Shown here: piece by piece, positions 1 to 9,315 of the stretch
Position numbering within the stretch: position 1 is the first letter of the stretch
Layout: each line of letters opens with the position of its first letter
NCBI GenBank assembly: GCA_964446235.1
Contig: CAYUNW010000002.1
Location: forward strand, 71,609 to 135,608
Direction: 5' to 3'
Length of the DNA: 64,000 nt
Source: an uncultured Gammaproteobacteria bacterium
GTDB lineage: Bacteria; Patescibacteriota; Microgenomatia; 2-02-FULL-39-11
Position numbers and translations under genes: made by a program
The notes under the pieces: model-generated
Database searches by the model: none
What the model was told of the DNA's origin: nothing
The model's input: the letters and a program-made list of their open reading frames with translations, nothing else

Positions 1-268
1 AATTAGAAAAAAGTTTTTCATAGCCTTTACATATTTGTTTATGATCGTGATTACCATAAATGTAAACTGTATCCTTTTTTTTAAGTATAGGAAAAAGTTT
101 TTTCCACTTGCTTTTAACAAATTCTTCTACAGAAATGATGTATCCGTCCCAAAAATCACCGTTGATAATTATACGATGGTATTGCTGAAATAGATTTTTT
201 AAATAAATAAATTGTTGTTCAACAAATTTATCTGTTAAATGCAAATCGGAAATAACAATTGTGTCCAT
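1..268 (-). CDS. Metallophosphoesterase (calcineurin-like), truncated by window edge
   Basis: Not in ORF track because it runs off the window. Reverse-strand translation from ATG (268): MDTIVISDLHLTDKF...INGDFWDGY...YIYGNHDHK. This shows the DxH, GD and GNHD metallophosphatase motifs. Confidence 0.7.
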   Translation of the reverse strand, partial: MDTIVISDLHLTDKFVEQQFIYLKNLFQQYHRIIINGDFWDGYIISVEEFVKSKWKKLFPILKKKDTVYIYGNHDHKQICKGYEKLFSN

Positions 269-273
269 GAGGT

Positions 274-1218
274 TTATTTATGGTGGAATTTATGATGAAT
301 ATCCCGTAACTGTGGATTGGTTACATGAGTATATATCTGGGTTGTAGATATATTTTTATGACCAAGCATTTCCTGAATTGATCTGATGTCAGCACCAGCC
401 GAAAGTAAATCCGTTGCAAAACTATGCCTTAAACCATGAGGAGTAATCCGAACAGGTAACTTGGCCTTTTTGGTATATTTTTCAACGATTCTTTGTACTG
501 ACCTGACAGTCAGACGATAACTTTTATCAGGATGTTGAGGATCAGCTTTTTTACCTGCATAACGGATAAATAATGGTTTATATTCATCTTTTCGGGTATC
601 CAGATACCGTTTAATCCAATTAACAGCCTGTTCGGACAAAAAAACTACCCGAATTTTCCCTCCTTTGCCTCTAACACCGAATTCTCCTCGTTCAAAATTG
701 ATTGAATCTCTATTTAAGGAAACTAATTCACTAACTCTTAATCCCGTTGAAAACAATGTCTCTAAAATCGCTTTATCCCGTAGACCTTTTTCATCAGATA
801 TTGAAGGAGAGCTTAAAAGCCGATCTATTTGATCACGGCTCAAAAACAGTATAGAACGGCTTTCAGCCCGACCCAGTTCTACTTTTTCGGCGGCTAATGT
901 ACGAATATCATTTCTGATCATGTACCTTAAAAATGATCTTACAGCAATTAAATGATAATTCTGGGTGATTTTTTTTAAAGGTAATTTGTTTTCATCATAA
1001 AAACGTGCAAGGAACAATCTGTAAGATCTGATTATATCAGTAGATATTTTACTCGGGTCGGTTACGGAATTTGGTAAATTTTTTAGATAATCGGCAAATC
1101 TGTTTAAATAATGTCTGTAATTTCTAATTGTTAATTTTGAACTATTTTTCTCGATTTCCAAATATTCCAGGTATTTATCAATCATTTCAATTATTGACAT
1201 AATTTGATTTTGCGACAT
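274..1218 (-). CDS. Site-specific tyrosine recombinase, XerC/XerD family
   Basis: 314 aa. Has an N-terminal core-binding (SAM-like) region. Catalytic motifs: GLRVSELVSL, HGLRHSFATDLL, LGHKNISTTQIYTHV. Confidence 0.9.
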   Translation of the reverse strand: MSQNQIMSIIEMIDKYLEYLEIEKNSSKLTIRNYRHYLNRFADYLKNLPNSVTDPSKISTDIIRSYRLFLARFYDENKLPLKKITQNYHLIAVRSFLRYMIRNDIRTLAAEKVELGRAESRSILFLSRDQIDRLLSSPSISDEKGLRDKAILETLFSTGLRVSELVSLNRDSINFERGEFGVRGKGGKIRVVFLSEQAVNWIKRYLDTRKDEYKPLFIRYAGKKADPQHPDKSYRLTVRSVQRIVEKYTKKAKLPVRITPHGLRHSFATDLLSAGADIRSIQEMLGHKNISTTQIYTHVTNPQLRDIHHKFHHK

Positions 1219-1228
1219 ATCTAATTTT

Positions 1229-2492
1229 TAGTCAAGTAAATAGTTCTTATACTTTTATAATTTGAGGCTATAAAACAAGACACTGTAATGGCCTTAAAAT
1301 CGAATATTATAATTTAAATGATGAGTTATTCATCAATAAATTGAGATTTGCTGATGTTACTGTAAAAACTATTTTATTTTAAGAATTTCTAAAAAGGGAA
1401 AATAAATATTTTAATGAATAATTTGGAGAATTTAAAATTTAAAAAAATAATTACAATGGAAAAGTTTGAAACGAGGTAAAAGGACAATTTGAGATGCATA
1501 CGCATATTATTAGTCGCAAAAGATATATTGTACGACGAGTTATCTTATTATTCCCTTGACTATAAATATTAGATTATATTTTTTATTGATCGTGACTATT
1601 TTTATCTCTTTTGAATAATACACTCTTACCAAAATACAAAAGAGAAGACTCTGATTATTAAGTAAATTACTGTTAAACAAACACACATTCAATATAAATT
1701 TAGAGTTTTATTAATTTGAATGTTGAACGCAATATTCAATATTAATATATTTTAAAAACACTTATAAATGAAATAGAGCGCATATTAACGCTCTAAATTG
1801 ATATTTTTGAAGCTAATTAATATTATAGAATTTTAAATCTAGTAATATTAAAAATAAAAGAGCCTCAAACAATTTTATTTATATATATTATTTAGCGCGT
1901 ATTGACTGTCTAATTAAATATTTTTGAGGCTAAAATTGTAGTAGATAATGGTTATTTAAATAGTATAAATAATTAGAGATTAGAGCTTGTTAATAGGCTA
2001 ATTATAAATATTCAAGGCTAATTATCATCATTCAATATATTATATGAGAGAAAATAAATTTGTTAAATTATTATGATTTCTATTAATAAATATATGAATC
2101 AATTTAGCCCTTTAATATGCTCCGATTATCAAATTTTGTAGCTAATCTTACGTATAAATAATATTCTTATAACTCTCCTATTTAGACTGTCAGTACTTGC
2201 TAAATCGATGTATTTGAAGCTGGATTAAGAGTATTTATTTCTTTATCTATAAAAACAGATTCAATCTCATAGAAGATAATCGAGTGAATTTAACTTATAA
2301 TTAGATTGTTATAACGCTTCATATTGCAAATAATAAGGCTAAAAAATCATACGCGACATATATTTATCTAAGGTTTCGGGTATTTTAAATTTCACTTACC
2401 TTTAATAAAATACTAAATATACTTAATTCAGTGACATTTTAAGCATAGATTAGAGCATATTGACGCTCTGTTCAAATACTTTTATGTATAAA
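1229..2492 (+). repeat. Array of at least 7 degenerate ~45-bp direct repeats in a gene-free AT-rich region
   Basis: Copies start near 1229, 1773, 1891, 1980, 2103, 2182, 2301 and 2450. Approximate consensus: TTAGAGCGCATATTAACGCTCTAAATTGATATTTTTGARGCTAAT. The best copy (1774-1817) begins with the palindrome TAGAGCG-CATATTAA-CGCTCTA. Spacing is irregular (79-148 bp). No ORF of 60 aa or more lies in 1219-2649. Confidence 0.6.
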
Positions 2493-2717
2493 TATATTGT
2501 TCAATTTAGTCATAAATAAAAAAAGAACATTGAGACTAAGGGAGCATCTACTATATTCGTATCGTGAAAACGGAATATAAACTTTTGTGAAAACTTATCC
2601 ACAATACTATAGGAATATTATTATAGGTTATTAACTATATCAATATATATCACATCACATCTAAGCCTGGGTTATTCGATACATTCCCCTGTTCCCTGTT
2701 TATTTTAAAGTAAAAAT

Positions 2718-3539
2718 TTATGACCATGATGTTGTAAAAATTGTTAATATTAAAGTAAATATAAAAACATAAATAAATTCTTTTATTGAATTTCTGAATA
2801 GTCGACCGGATAGTTTCAACTGAAACACAGATACCAACATATAATATGCAGATGTTATCAATAATGAATATGTAGCAATTTGTACCGGCCAAAACGACAA
2901 AACGGCTCCTAACTCCCCTATCCCCAAAGCGGTAATCATAGTCATCTGGAGTAATTCTTCAGAAATATTTTCTTCTAAATCTACACTCCATAAAGATTGC
3001 AATGAAAGTAAAAATCCAATTATTGTCGTAATTAAGAAAATACTATAAAAAGGCCAACGGAAGGAATATATAATATTTGAGAATAAGAATATAATTATTA
3101 AAGAAATTAACATTCCTACGCTTTGTGCCGCCCGAGTAAGTTGAATAGATCTGACAACAGCAACATTAAATATATTTTCTATTAATAATACGGCGTAACT
3201 AGATATTGCAAAAAAAACTGTCACAATAGATTTATATACGACTCTATTAGGAAGTAAAAAATAAAATAGTGAAACTGATAGAGTAAGTAATACTGGTAAA
3301 ATAAATAAAAGTATCCATTCATATTTTTTTATATCTTCTTTTAATGACCATGTTGTCAGAATATACGTTAAAAATGAGATGAAAACAGCTAAAATAAACT
3401 TATATTCGTTAAAATATTGTTGAATAACTAAAATTCCTGCAGTCAATATTAAAGATTGGATTAAAAACCGCTGACGTTTATCCAAAAACATAATTATGGT
3501 TAGTTTTTTTTGAAAATTTGTTATTATTTCCGTCATCAT
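2718..3539 (-). CDS. Polytopic membrane protein, unknown function
   Basis: 273 aa, almost entirely hydrophobic helices. No recognisable catalytic motif. Confidence 0.6.
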   Translation of the reverse strand: MMTEIITNFQKKLTIIMFLDKRQRFLIQSLILTAGILVIQQYFNEYKFILAVFISFLTYILTTWSLKEDIKKYEWILLFILPVLLTLSVSLFYFLLPNRVVYKSIVTVFFAISSYAVLLIENIFNVAVVRSIQLTRAAQSVGMLISLIIIFLFSNIIYSFRWPFYSIFLITTIIGFLLSLQSLWSVDLEENISEELLQMTMITALGIGELGAVLSFWPVQIATYSLLITSAYYMLVSVFQLKLSGRLFRNSIKEFIYVFIFTLILTIFTTSWS

Positions 3540-3542
3540 ACT

Positions 3543-4280
3543 TTATATTTCATTTTTCAGTTTACAATTGGTATACACATGCTGAATATCGTCATTCTCT
3601 TTGAGTATTTTTATAAGAGTGTTTATTTTTTCATACTTTTCTTGACTAGCTGGAACAATATAGTTATATGGTTTATATATTAGACCTATTCTTAATATTG
3701 TTACTTGATATTTATCAATTTCAATTTTGATTGCATGAAGATTTTGTGGAAGCGTATAAATATCGATAAAATTACTACCCTGATTAAAATCTGCTACATC
3801 TGTTTCCATAATAAATTTATCAAAATTACTTTGAGTAATTGATTTTGCATCTATAGTAATGCAACCCAAACGTTGGAAAAGATAAGATACGGCTCCGGCA
3901 GATACCATTACTGCGTTATTTCTTTCTAATATATTTTTTATATCAGAAACGGTTCTTGAATTATTATCAGTTGCAGCTTCTATTATAAATCCAATTTCCC
4001 CATATAACGCTTCATATATATTCTCTTCCAATTGACCATACTCTCCCCTGTCTATAGATTTTTCTATAGCTCTACTAATATTTTCTTTTGGCATATTGAA
4101 ATTTTTTGCATTTTCAATTGCCAATCTTAGTTTGAAATTTGTATCGGGATTGATATTTCCTTGACCGCTTTTAACTGCAATAATTATGGCTTTTGTTAAC
4201 TTTGTAAATAATTTACCTTTTATGGCATCCGTTGTTTCTTTTTGATGTTTAACTTTAGACCATTTAGAATGACCGGACAT
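3543..4280 (-). CDS. YebC/PmpR family DNA-binding transcriptional regulator
   Basis: The MSGHSKWSKVKHQK N-terminus is diagnostic of the YebC/TACO1 family. I prefer the ATG at 4280 over the track start at 4367, which adds 29 aa. Confidence 0.85.
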   Translation of the reverse strand: MSGHSKWSKVKHQKETTDAIKGKLFTKLTKAIIIAVKSGQGNINPDTNFKLRLAIENAKNFNMPKENISRAIEKSIDRGEYGQLEENIYEALYGEIGFIIEAATDNNSRTVSDIKNILERNNAVMVSAGAVSYLFQRLGCITIDAKSITQSNFDKFIMETDVADFNQGSNFIDIYTLPQNLHAIKIEIDKYQVTILRIGLIYKPYNYIVPASQEKYEKINTLIKILKENDDIQHVYTNCKLKNEI

Positions 4281-4365
4281 ATATTTTAGGGTAATCTTTC
4301 GGTTATTATATATATCTACTTGACATTTCTCAACTATCTCGCTTAAACTACTTAAAATTATTACC

Positions 4366-5067
4366 ATGGATAATATATCTACACTCTCAAATAATGCTAT
4401 TAATTCCGCTTTAATTGAAGATTGGAATAAGGCTATTGATATAAATAAAAAAATACTCGAAATTCAACCACATAATATCGATGCTTTGAATCGACTTGCC
4501 TATGCATTTTGCCAAAACGGAAATTACACGCAAGCCAAAAAAATATACAAACAAATATTAATTATTGATAAATACAATAATATTGCAACAAAAAATCTAG
4601 ATCGAATTACCATTTTGTCAGAAAACGATAAATTCTATAACCATAAAAAAAGCTCAAAAACACATATCTCTCCATGTAAATTAATCGAACAACCAGGAAA
4701 AACAAAAACAATCGTATTATCTAAAATAGCTCCTAAAAATGTCCTTCTGAAAGTCTCTATCGGTAATGAAGTCTGTTTAATTAATAAAAAATATTCAGTA
4801 GAAGTTAGGACTAATGAAGGACTTTATATCGGGCAATTACCTGATGATATTGCTTTTCGTTTAATAGTATTATTAAAAGCCGGTAATGAGTATTTGTCAT
4901 ACATCAAAAATATCCAAAAAAATAAGGTTTCCGTATTTTTAATAGAAAATAAAAGAGGGAAAAAATATGCAAATCAACCTTCTTTTATAAATAAATCAAT
5001 TAATCCGATTCAACGTAAAAAATCATTAAAAAATTCATCTAAGAAATTCAAGACTTCAGATGAATAA
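4366..5067 (+). CDS. TPR repeat protein
   Basis: 233 aa. TPR-like helices in the N-terminal half (IDALNRLAYAFCQNGNYTQAKKIYKQIL) and a basic C-terminal tail. Confidence 0.55.
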   Translation: MDNISTLSNNAINSALIEDWNKAIDINKKILEIQPHNIDALNRLAYAFCQNGNYTQAKKIYKQILIIDKYNNIATKNLDRITILSENDKFYNHKKSSKTHISPCKLIEQPGKTKTIVLSKIAPKNVLLKVSIGNEVCLINKKYSVEVRTNEGLYIGQLPDDIAFRLIVLLKAGNEYLSYIKNIQKNKVSVFLIENKRGKKYANQPSFINKSINPIQRKKSLKNSSKKFKTSDE

Positions 5068-5217
5068 TTTTTTCTTTAACGAACAATATCACGCCTGACA
5101 GTTTCTTTTTAGGACGAATTTTTATGTTTTTTATTTCCTTCAAAGCGTTGCTTTCTTTTCTTACAGAATTGATTGCTAAAATAAAAGATAAAATAAAGAT
5201 TACAAAAATAACATATA

Positions 5218-6201
5218 TCATAAAATAAATTCCTCACCTAGTATTATATCAATATCAACTTGATTAGTTTCATTTTCCAAAAAATTACTTTGGCAATTAT
5301 ATGATTTCAAGATAAGATTAAAAATTTTTTTTGTAGTAACATTTTTATTGTAATAATTTATGATACATGAAGAATTTTGAATATCTCTACCTGTTTCAAT
5401 AAAAATAACATTAGAACCAAGTCTTTCTAGTATTTTAGAAAAATTAGTAGCTACCATATCACGTCCTGATGAGTTGATAATTCTTAAAGTTACATCTTCC
5501 GTTCTTACATCTATATCCTGAAAAGAATTTTGAAAATGTTCATCAAATTTAGAAATATTAACTTTTTTTCTTTGAGACCCATCAGCAATAATTATATCTT
5601 CGATAATTCCTTTTTTAAATAAATCATGAAATTCCAATTGATCTTGCCTTAATTTGGAAAACAATCTGTATAATCTGATCTTATCTATTAATTGAAGATT
5701 TAAATCTTTAATAAGAAATAAATTCGGAAAAGAAATTATATTTTTAATTATTTTAAAATCCGAATCAGAGTTAACTTTTTTTGTATTGATAATATATATA
5801 TCAATCGGTAAATGAAAAGTTGTTTCAATGCTTCTGGAAATCAATTCCGGACCGGATATTTTTTTATCGATATCAGCTAATGGTCTAATACTTGATAATG
5901 GATACTCGTCATAGCCATATGGAACACTTAATAATAAATCACCCGGTAAATCAAATAATATTGCAGAATCCTTATGTTTGTCATAAGAAATAATATAAGT
6001 GACTTGATCTTTTTGAAAAGAATTGCTTGTACCATTTTGAAGGAGAACATTTATACGATTATTTGTAAAAAATATTGAATCATGACTGTTTAATCTATAT
6101 ATAATTATTACAAATATTGTTAGTATTAATAGTAATATTATATTTATAATGTATTTTATATTTCTTTTTTTAATGCGATGATTAATATTATTTTTGATCA
6201 T
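5218..6201 (-). CDS. LytR/CpsA/Psr (LCP)-like cell-envelope protein, divergent
   Basis: 327 aa with an N-terminal TM anchor. The segment SAILFDLPGDLLLSVPYGYDEY resembles the LCP core (siPRDl.v.ip). The C-terminus looks like a LytR_C domain (VTLRIINSSGRDMVATNFSKILERLG). Confidence 0.45.
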   Translation of the reverse strand: MIKNNINHRIKKRNIKYIINIILLLILTIFVIIIYRLNSHDSIFFTNNRINVLLQNGTSNSFQKDQVTYIISYDKHKDSAILFDLPGDLLLSVPYGYDEYPLSSIRPLADIDKKISGPELISRSIETTFHLPIDIYIINTKKVNSDSDFKIIKNIISFPNLFLIKDLNLQLIDKIRLYRLFSKLRQDQLEFHDLFKKGIIEDIIIADGSQRKKVNISKFDEHFQNSFQDIDVRTEDVTLRIINSSGRDMVATNFSKILERLGSNVIFIETGRDIQNSSCIINYYNKNVTTKKIFNLILKSYNCQSNFLENETNQVDIDIILGEEFIL

Positions 6202-6913
6202 TATCTTGATGATTAATAATTTCTTTTAAATCTTTGGGTAAATCGGATGAAAAATTAATCTGTTTATTGATTTGAGGATCTTTAAAAGAAATAAAATGGC
6301 AATGAAGGAAAAGTCTTGAACAAAAACTATTACTTAAAACCAACAACTTAGGATTAGCGTATAATTTGTCACCTACTACCGGATATCCTATATATTTCAA
6401 ATGTACTCTAATTTGATGAGTACGTCCTGTAAGCGGTTTAACATTTAATAATGAAAATTCCATACCATTTATATTGTAAACCTTAATCAACGAAAATTTT
6501 GTTAAAGCTTCCCTTCCAGAACTAATTACAGTAAATTTTCTTCTATTTGAAATTGATCTACCTATTGGAGCGTTTATTTCTCCTTCACTATAACTTATTT
6601 TAGAATAAACCAAAGTGTAGTATTCTTTCTGTACAAGTCTTACTTTGAACTGATTTTGTAGATTTATAAAAGTAAACTCATCTTTTGCTACGAGAATCAA
6701 TCCTGAAGTCTCTTTGTCTAATCGGTGTACTATTCCACAACGATCAAAAAAATCGTTCGATTCAGATTTTTGCTTGAATATTTCATATCGTTTATAGATC
6801 CAATCTTGAAGTGTATCTTGAGGTGAATTAAGGGACTTATTTACTACGAGATTAGTTGGTTTATTAAGTACCAAATAATGTTTATTTTCATAAACTACAG
6901 AAATTTTTCCCAT
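6188..6913 (-). CDS. RluA-family pseudouridine synthase
   Basis: HRLDKETSGLILVAK catalytic Asp motif and GRTHQIRVHL motif. No S4 domain. Confidence 0.85.
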   Translation of the reverse strand: MGKISVVYENKHYLVLNKPTNLVVNKSLNSPQDTLQDWIYKRYEIFKQKSESNDFFDRCGIVHRLDKETSGLILVAKDEFTFINLQNQFKVRLVQKEYYTLVYSKISYSEGEINAPIGRSISNRRKFTVISSGREALTKFSLIKVYNINGMEFSLLNVKPLTGRTHQIRVHLKYIGYPVVGDKLYANPKLLVLSNSFCSRLFLHCHFISFKDPQINKQINFSSDLPKDLKEIINHQDNDQK

Positions 6914-6938
6914 ATTGAAGCAAGGAAGAATTGCGGTT

Positions 6939-7319
6939 TTATTTTTCCTGTTTTATCTCGCATTTAACACAGAAATTTGCTGTTATTTTTATAGAAAGTC
7001 TTTCCTTTTCTATAACCGATCCGCAATTTTCACATTTACCGTATTTCCCATTTTTAATTCTTGTCAACGCATGTTTAATATCATTAAGTTTTGCCTGTAA
7101 AGTTTTTTCAAGAGCCTCTACTCTTTCATGATTACTTTCTTCACTTGCGTCTGCGTCTGAAGCAGCATTATCGGATAATCTTTCAGGATCAGAATATGGA
7201 TCTTGAACTTTTAATGAACTCAGTTGTTTTTCAACTGTTAAATGTTGGTTATAAAGTTCTTTTTCTATTTCATTTAAATAAGATTTATCGAGCATTATTT
7301 TTTCCTTTCTTGGTAACAC
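6939..7319 (-). CDS. DksA/TraR-family C4 zinc-finger protein
   Basis: 126 aa. Coiled-coil N-terminus and C-terminal CENCGSVIEKERL...ANFCVKC four-Cys finger. Confidence 0.75.
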   Translation of the reverse strand: MLPRKEKIMLDKSYLNEIEKELYNQHLTVEKQLSSLKVQDPYSDPERLSDNAASDADASEESNHERVEALEKTLQAKLNDIKHALTRIKNGKYGKCENCGSVIEKERLSIKITANFCVKCEIKQEK

Positions 7320-8061
7320 TTATAACTTTAATTTTAGCATATAATGGATACACTGTAACAAACATAATTATCAATGAAAATATTTGTCGGTAGCTTAAAT
7401 GAAATAAAGCGGCATTGTATATTTTCAAAAATTCAGTGAAAAATATCAGAATTGAAGATAAAAATAAAAATGCATAAAATAATAACCCATCATGGAGTTT
7501 AAATTTATTTTTATAATTCAATAGAATTGTAAGTAGAATAAAAATCATAAAATAAATAATCATTTCAATAGCCTCTACAGGCCATCTTTTACCTAATAAA
7601 CCAATTATTCTTACACCTATAAAGCTAGTGGTTTCTCTACCGAAACTTGCTCCACCTAACTGTTCACCGGCTTTTGCCAATGATAACATCAGTGAAAAAG
7701 CAACAGTAAATATATCAGCGATATATAAAAATTTCCATTTTTTTAGACGGACTAAAATGAAAAGAAATAAAAATCCGCTAAGAAAACCTCCAAGTAGCGA
7801 CAATCCCGGAGCCTCCCTTACTAAAAAGTATCTCAAAAAATTGAATTTAAATTGATCGAAATTTTGAATAATATAGAATATACGTGCAAAAATAATTGAC
7901 ACTAAACTGGTATAAAGATACAAATCTAAATACGGTTCTTCTTTGAATTCATCTTTTGAGTAACGATATATAATGAACGTTGAAAGTACAAACGAAATTG
8001 CTAAAAATAAGCCAAAACTATATACATTAAAATTATTAACGGTTGAAATAACAGGATACAT
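7285..8061 (-). CDS. lgt: Prolipoprotein diacylglyceryl transferase-like membrane protein
   Basis: 258 aa polytopic protein. N-terminus (YSFGLFLAISFVLS) and mid-protein LGGASFGRET resemble Lgt motifs. The match is weak, so the symbol is tentative. Confidence 0.45.
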   Translation of the reverse strand: MYPVISTVNNFNVYSFGLFLAISFVLSTFIIYRYSKDEFKEEPYLDLYLYTSLVSIIFARIFYIIQNFDQFKFNFLRYFLVREAPGLSLLGGFLSGFLFLFILVRLKKWKFLYIADIFTVAFSLMLSLAKAGEQLGGASFGRETTSFIGVRIIGLLGKRWPVEAIEMIIYFMIFILLTILLNYKNKFKLHDGLLFYAFLFLSSILIFFTEFLKIYNAALFHLSYRQIFSLIIMFVTVYPLYAKIKVISVTKKGKNNAR

Positions 8062-8079
8062 AGATATAATTTTATATGC

Positions 8080-9315
8080 TTATATTTTTTTTGTAAATAA
8101 ATAAGGTACTTTACCCGGTAAATAAAAAATTGATAAAAAAATTATCAATATTGACAATATTAATAGAGTTTTTCCAATCCCCATATAATCAGCTAATATA
8201 CCGGATACCATTACAGGAATTAGAGCAACTCCTCCGGTTATCGAAGTCAATAAACCATAGATACCAGCTCTAGAACTATTATCTCCTTCTTCCTGCAAAA
8301 CCGTATTTGCAGGAACACTGATAAAAGAAAGACAAGTTCCTAACAGAAATAATAAAAAAGTTATAAAAATGATATTAAAATTATCAAAATTCTCCACAAA
8401 TGATAAAAATAGTAATATTAAACCATTAGAGACGAGTCCTAAATAAATTATTTTACTTTTTAAAACTACTTTTCCTAAAATTCCTACAATAAATGCACCT
8501 ACTATCAAACCAAAAGCGGCCGGTCCCATTACTAAAACAGATGCATCTGTTAATTTAATCGACAAAACCTTATCGGCAAATCCCGGCGCTAAAACAGACA
8601 ATACCGCGATTAAAACCTGGGTATATGACATTAAAAGAATACTTTGTAAAATTCTTGAATTAGAAATTATTAATTTAATCAAATTTTGAAATCTGGAATA
8701 TATTGATCGAATTTCAAATATTTTACTTGATATTATTTTATTATCATAATTTGGTAGCAAAAAAAGGAAATATGATGAAATAAACATTAAAATAACCGAT
8801 ACGATAAAACTACCCTGAAAATTAATAATATTTACAAGAGGACCTGCGAAGACATAACCTAAAACCGTAGATAGATAAAAGCTTATGGTAAATAATGAAT
8901 TTGCTGATAATAATTCTTTCTGAGGAACCAAAAGAGGTATAGATGGAGCTTCCGCTGGGATAAAAAATTGGGTTACTACAGAAATTAAAAATGCTAAAAA
9001 ATATAAAATTGTAATATTATCATAAAAAAGGACAAACAAGATTAGAATTAATGCCCTAGTGAAATTCCCATAGAACAATACTTTACGTTTATCTAGCTTT
9101 TCGACAATTACTCCTGCAATTATGCCGAAAAAAACCGCCGGAAAACCTATCATAAAAAGCATCAATGATACTGCTGCATTTGATTTGGTTAAATAATAAA
9201 TCTCTATCATCAATAAAAAAGACAAAATATTTAAGGAGATTTGAGAAAAAATTTGTCCATACCACAATGATCTGAATTTATTATTTACGATAATTGGGGT
9301 AAATGGATTAATCAT
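8080..9315 (-). CDS. MFS transporter
   Basis: 411 aa, ~12 hydrophobic helices. MFS-like loop between TM2 and TM3 (VEKLDKRKVL). Confidence 0.7.
   Translation of the reverse strand: MINPFTPIIVNNKFRSLWYGQIFSQISLNILSFLLMIEIYYLTKSNAAVSLMLFMIGFPAVFFGIIAGVIVEKLDKRKVLFYGNFTRALILILFVLFYDNITILYFLAFLISVVTQFFIPAEAPSIPLLVPQKELLSANSLFTISFYLSTVLGYVFAGPLVNIINFQGSFIVSVILMFISSYFLFLLPNYDNKIISSKIFEIRSIYSRFQNLIKLIISNSRILQSILLMSYTQVLIAVLSVLAPGFADKVLSIKLTDASVLVMGPAAFGLIVGAFIVGILGKVVLKSKIIYLGLVSNGLILLFLSFVENFDNFNIIFITFLLFLLGTCLSFISVPANTVLQEEGDNSSRAGIYGLLTSITGGVALIPVMVSGILADYMGIGKTLLILSILIIFLSIFYLPGKVPYLFTKKI

Noticed and set aside
1773-2492. CRISPR array interpretation of the 45-bp repeats
   Set aside because: The repeats are strongly degenerate and the spacing is irregular (79-148 bp) rather than a fixed repeat-spacer period. 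No cas genes occur anywhere in the window.
2594-2602. Perfect DnaA box TTATCCACA, suggesting oriC
   Set aside because: I found only one perfect box, with no cluster of near-consensus boxes and no dnaA or dnaN nearby. It is kept only as an alternative hypothesis in the finding on 1219-2650.
2650-2892. 80-aa ORF overlapping the 3' end of the membrane protein gene
   Set aside because: It lies on the same strand in a different frame, overlapping a longer coherent TM-protein ORF. It is low-complexity and AT-driven.
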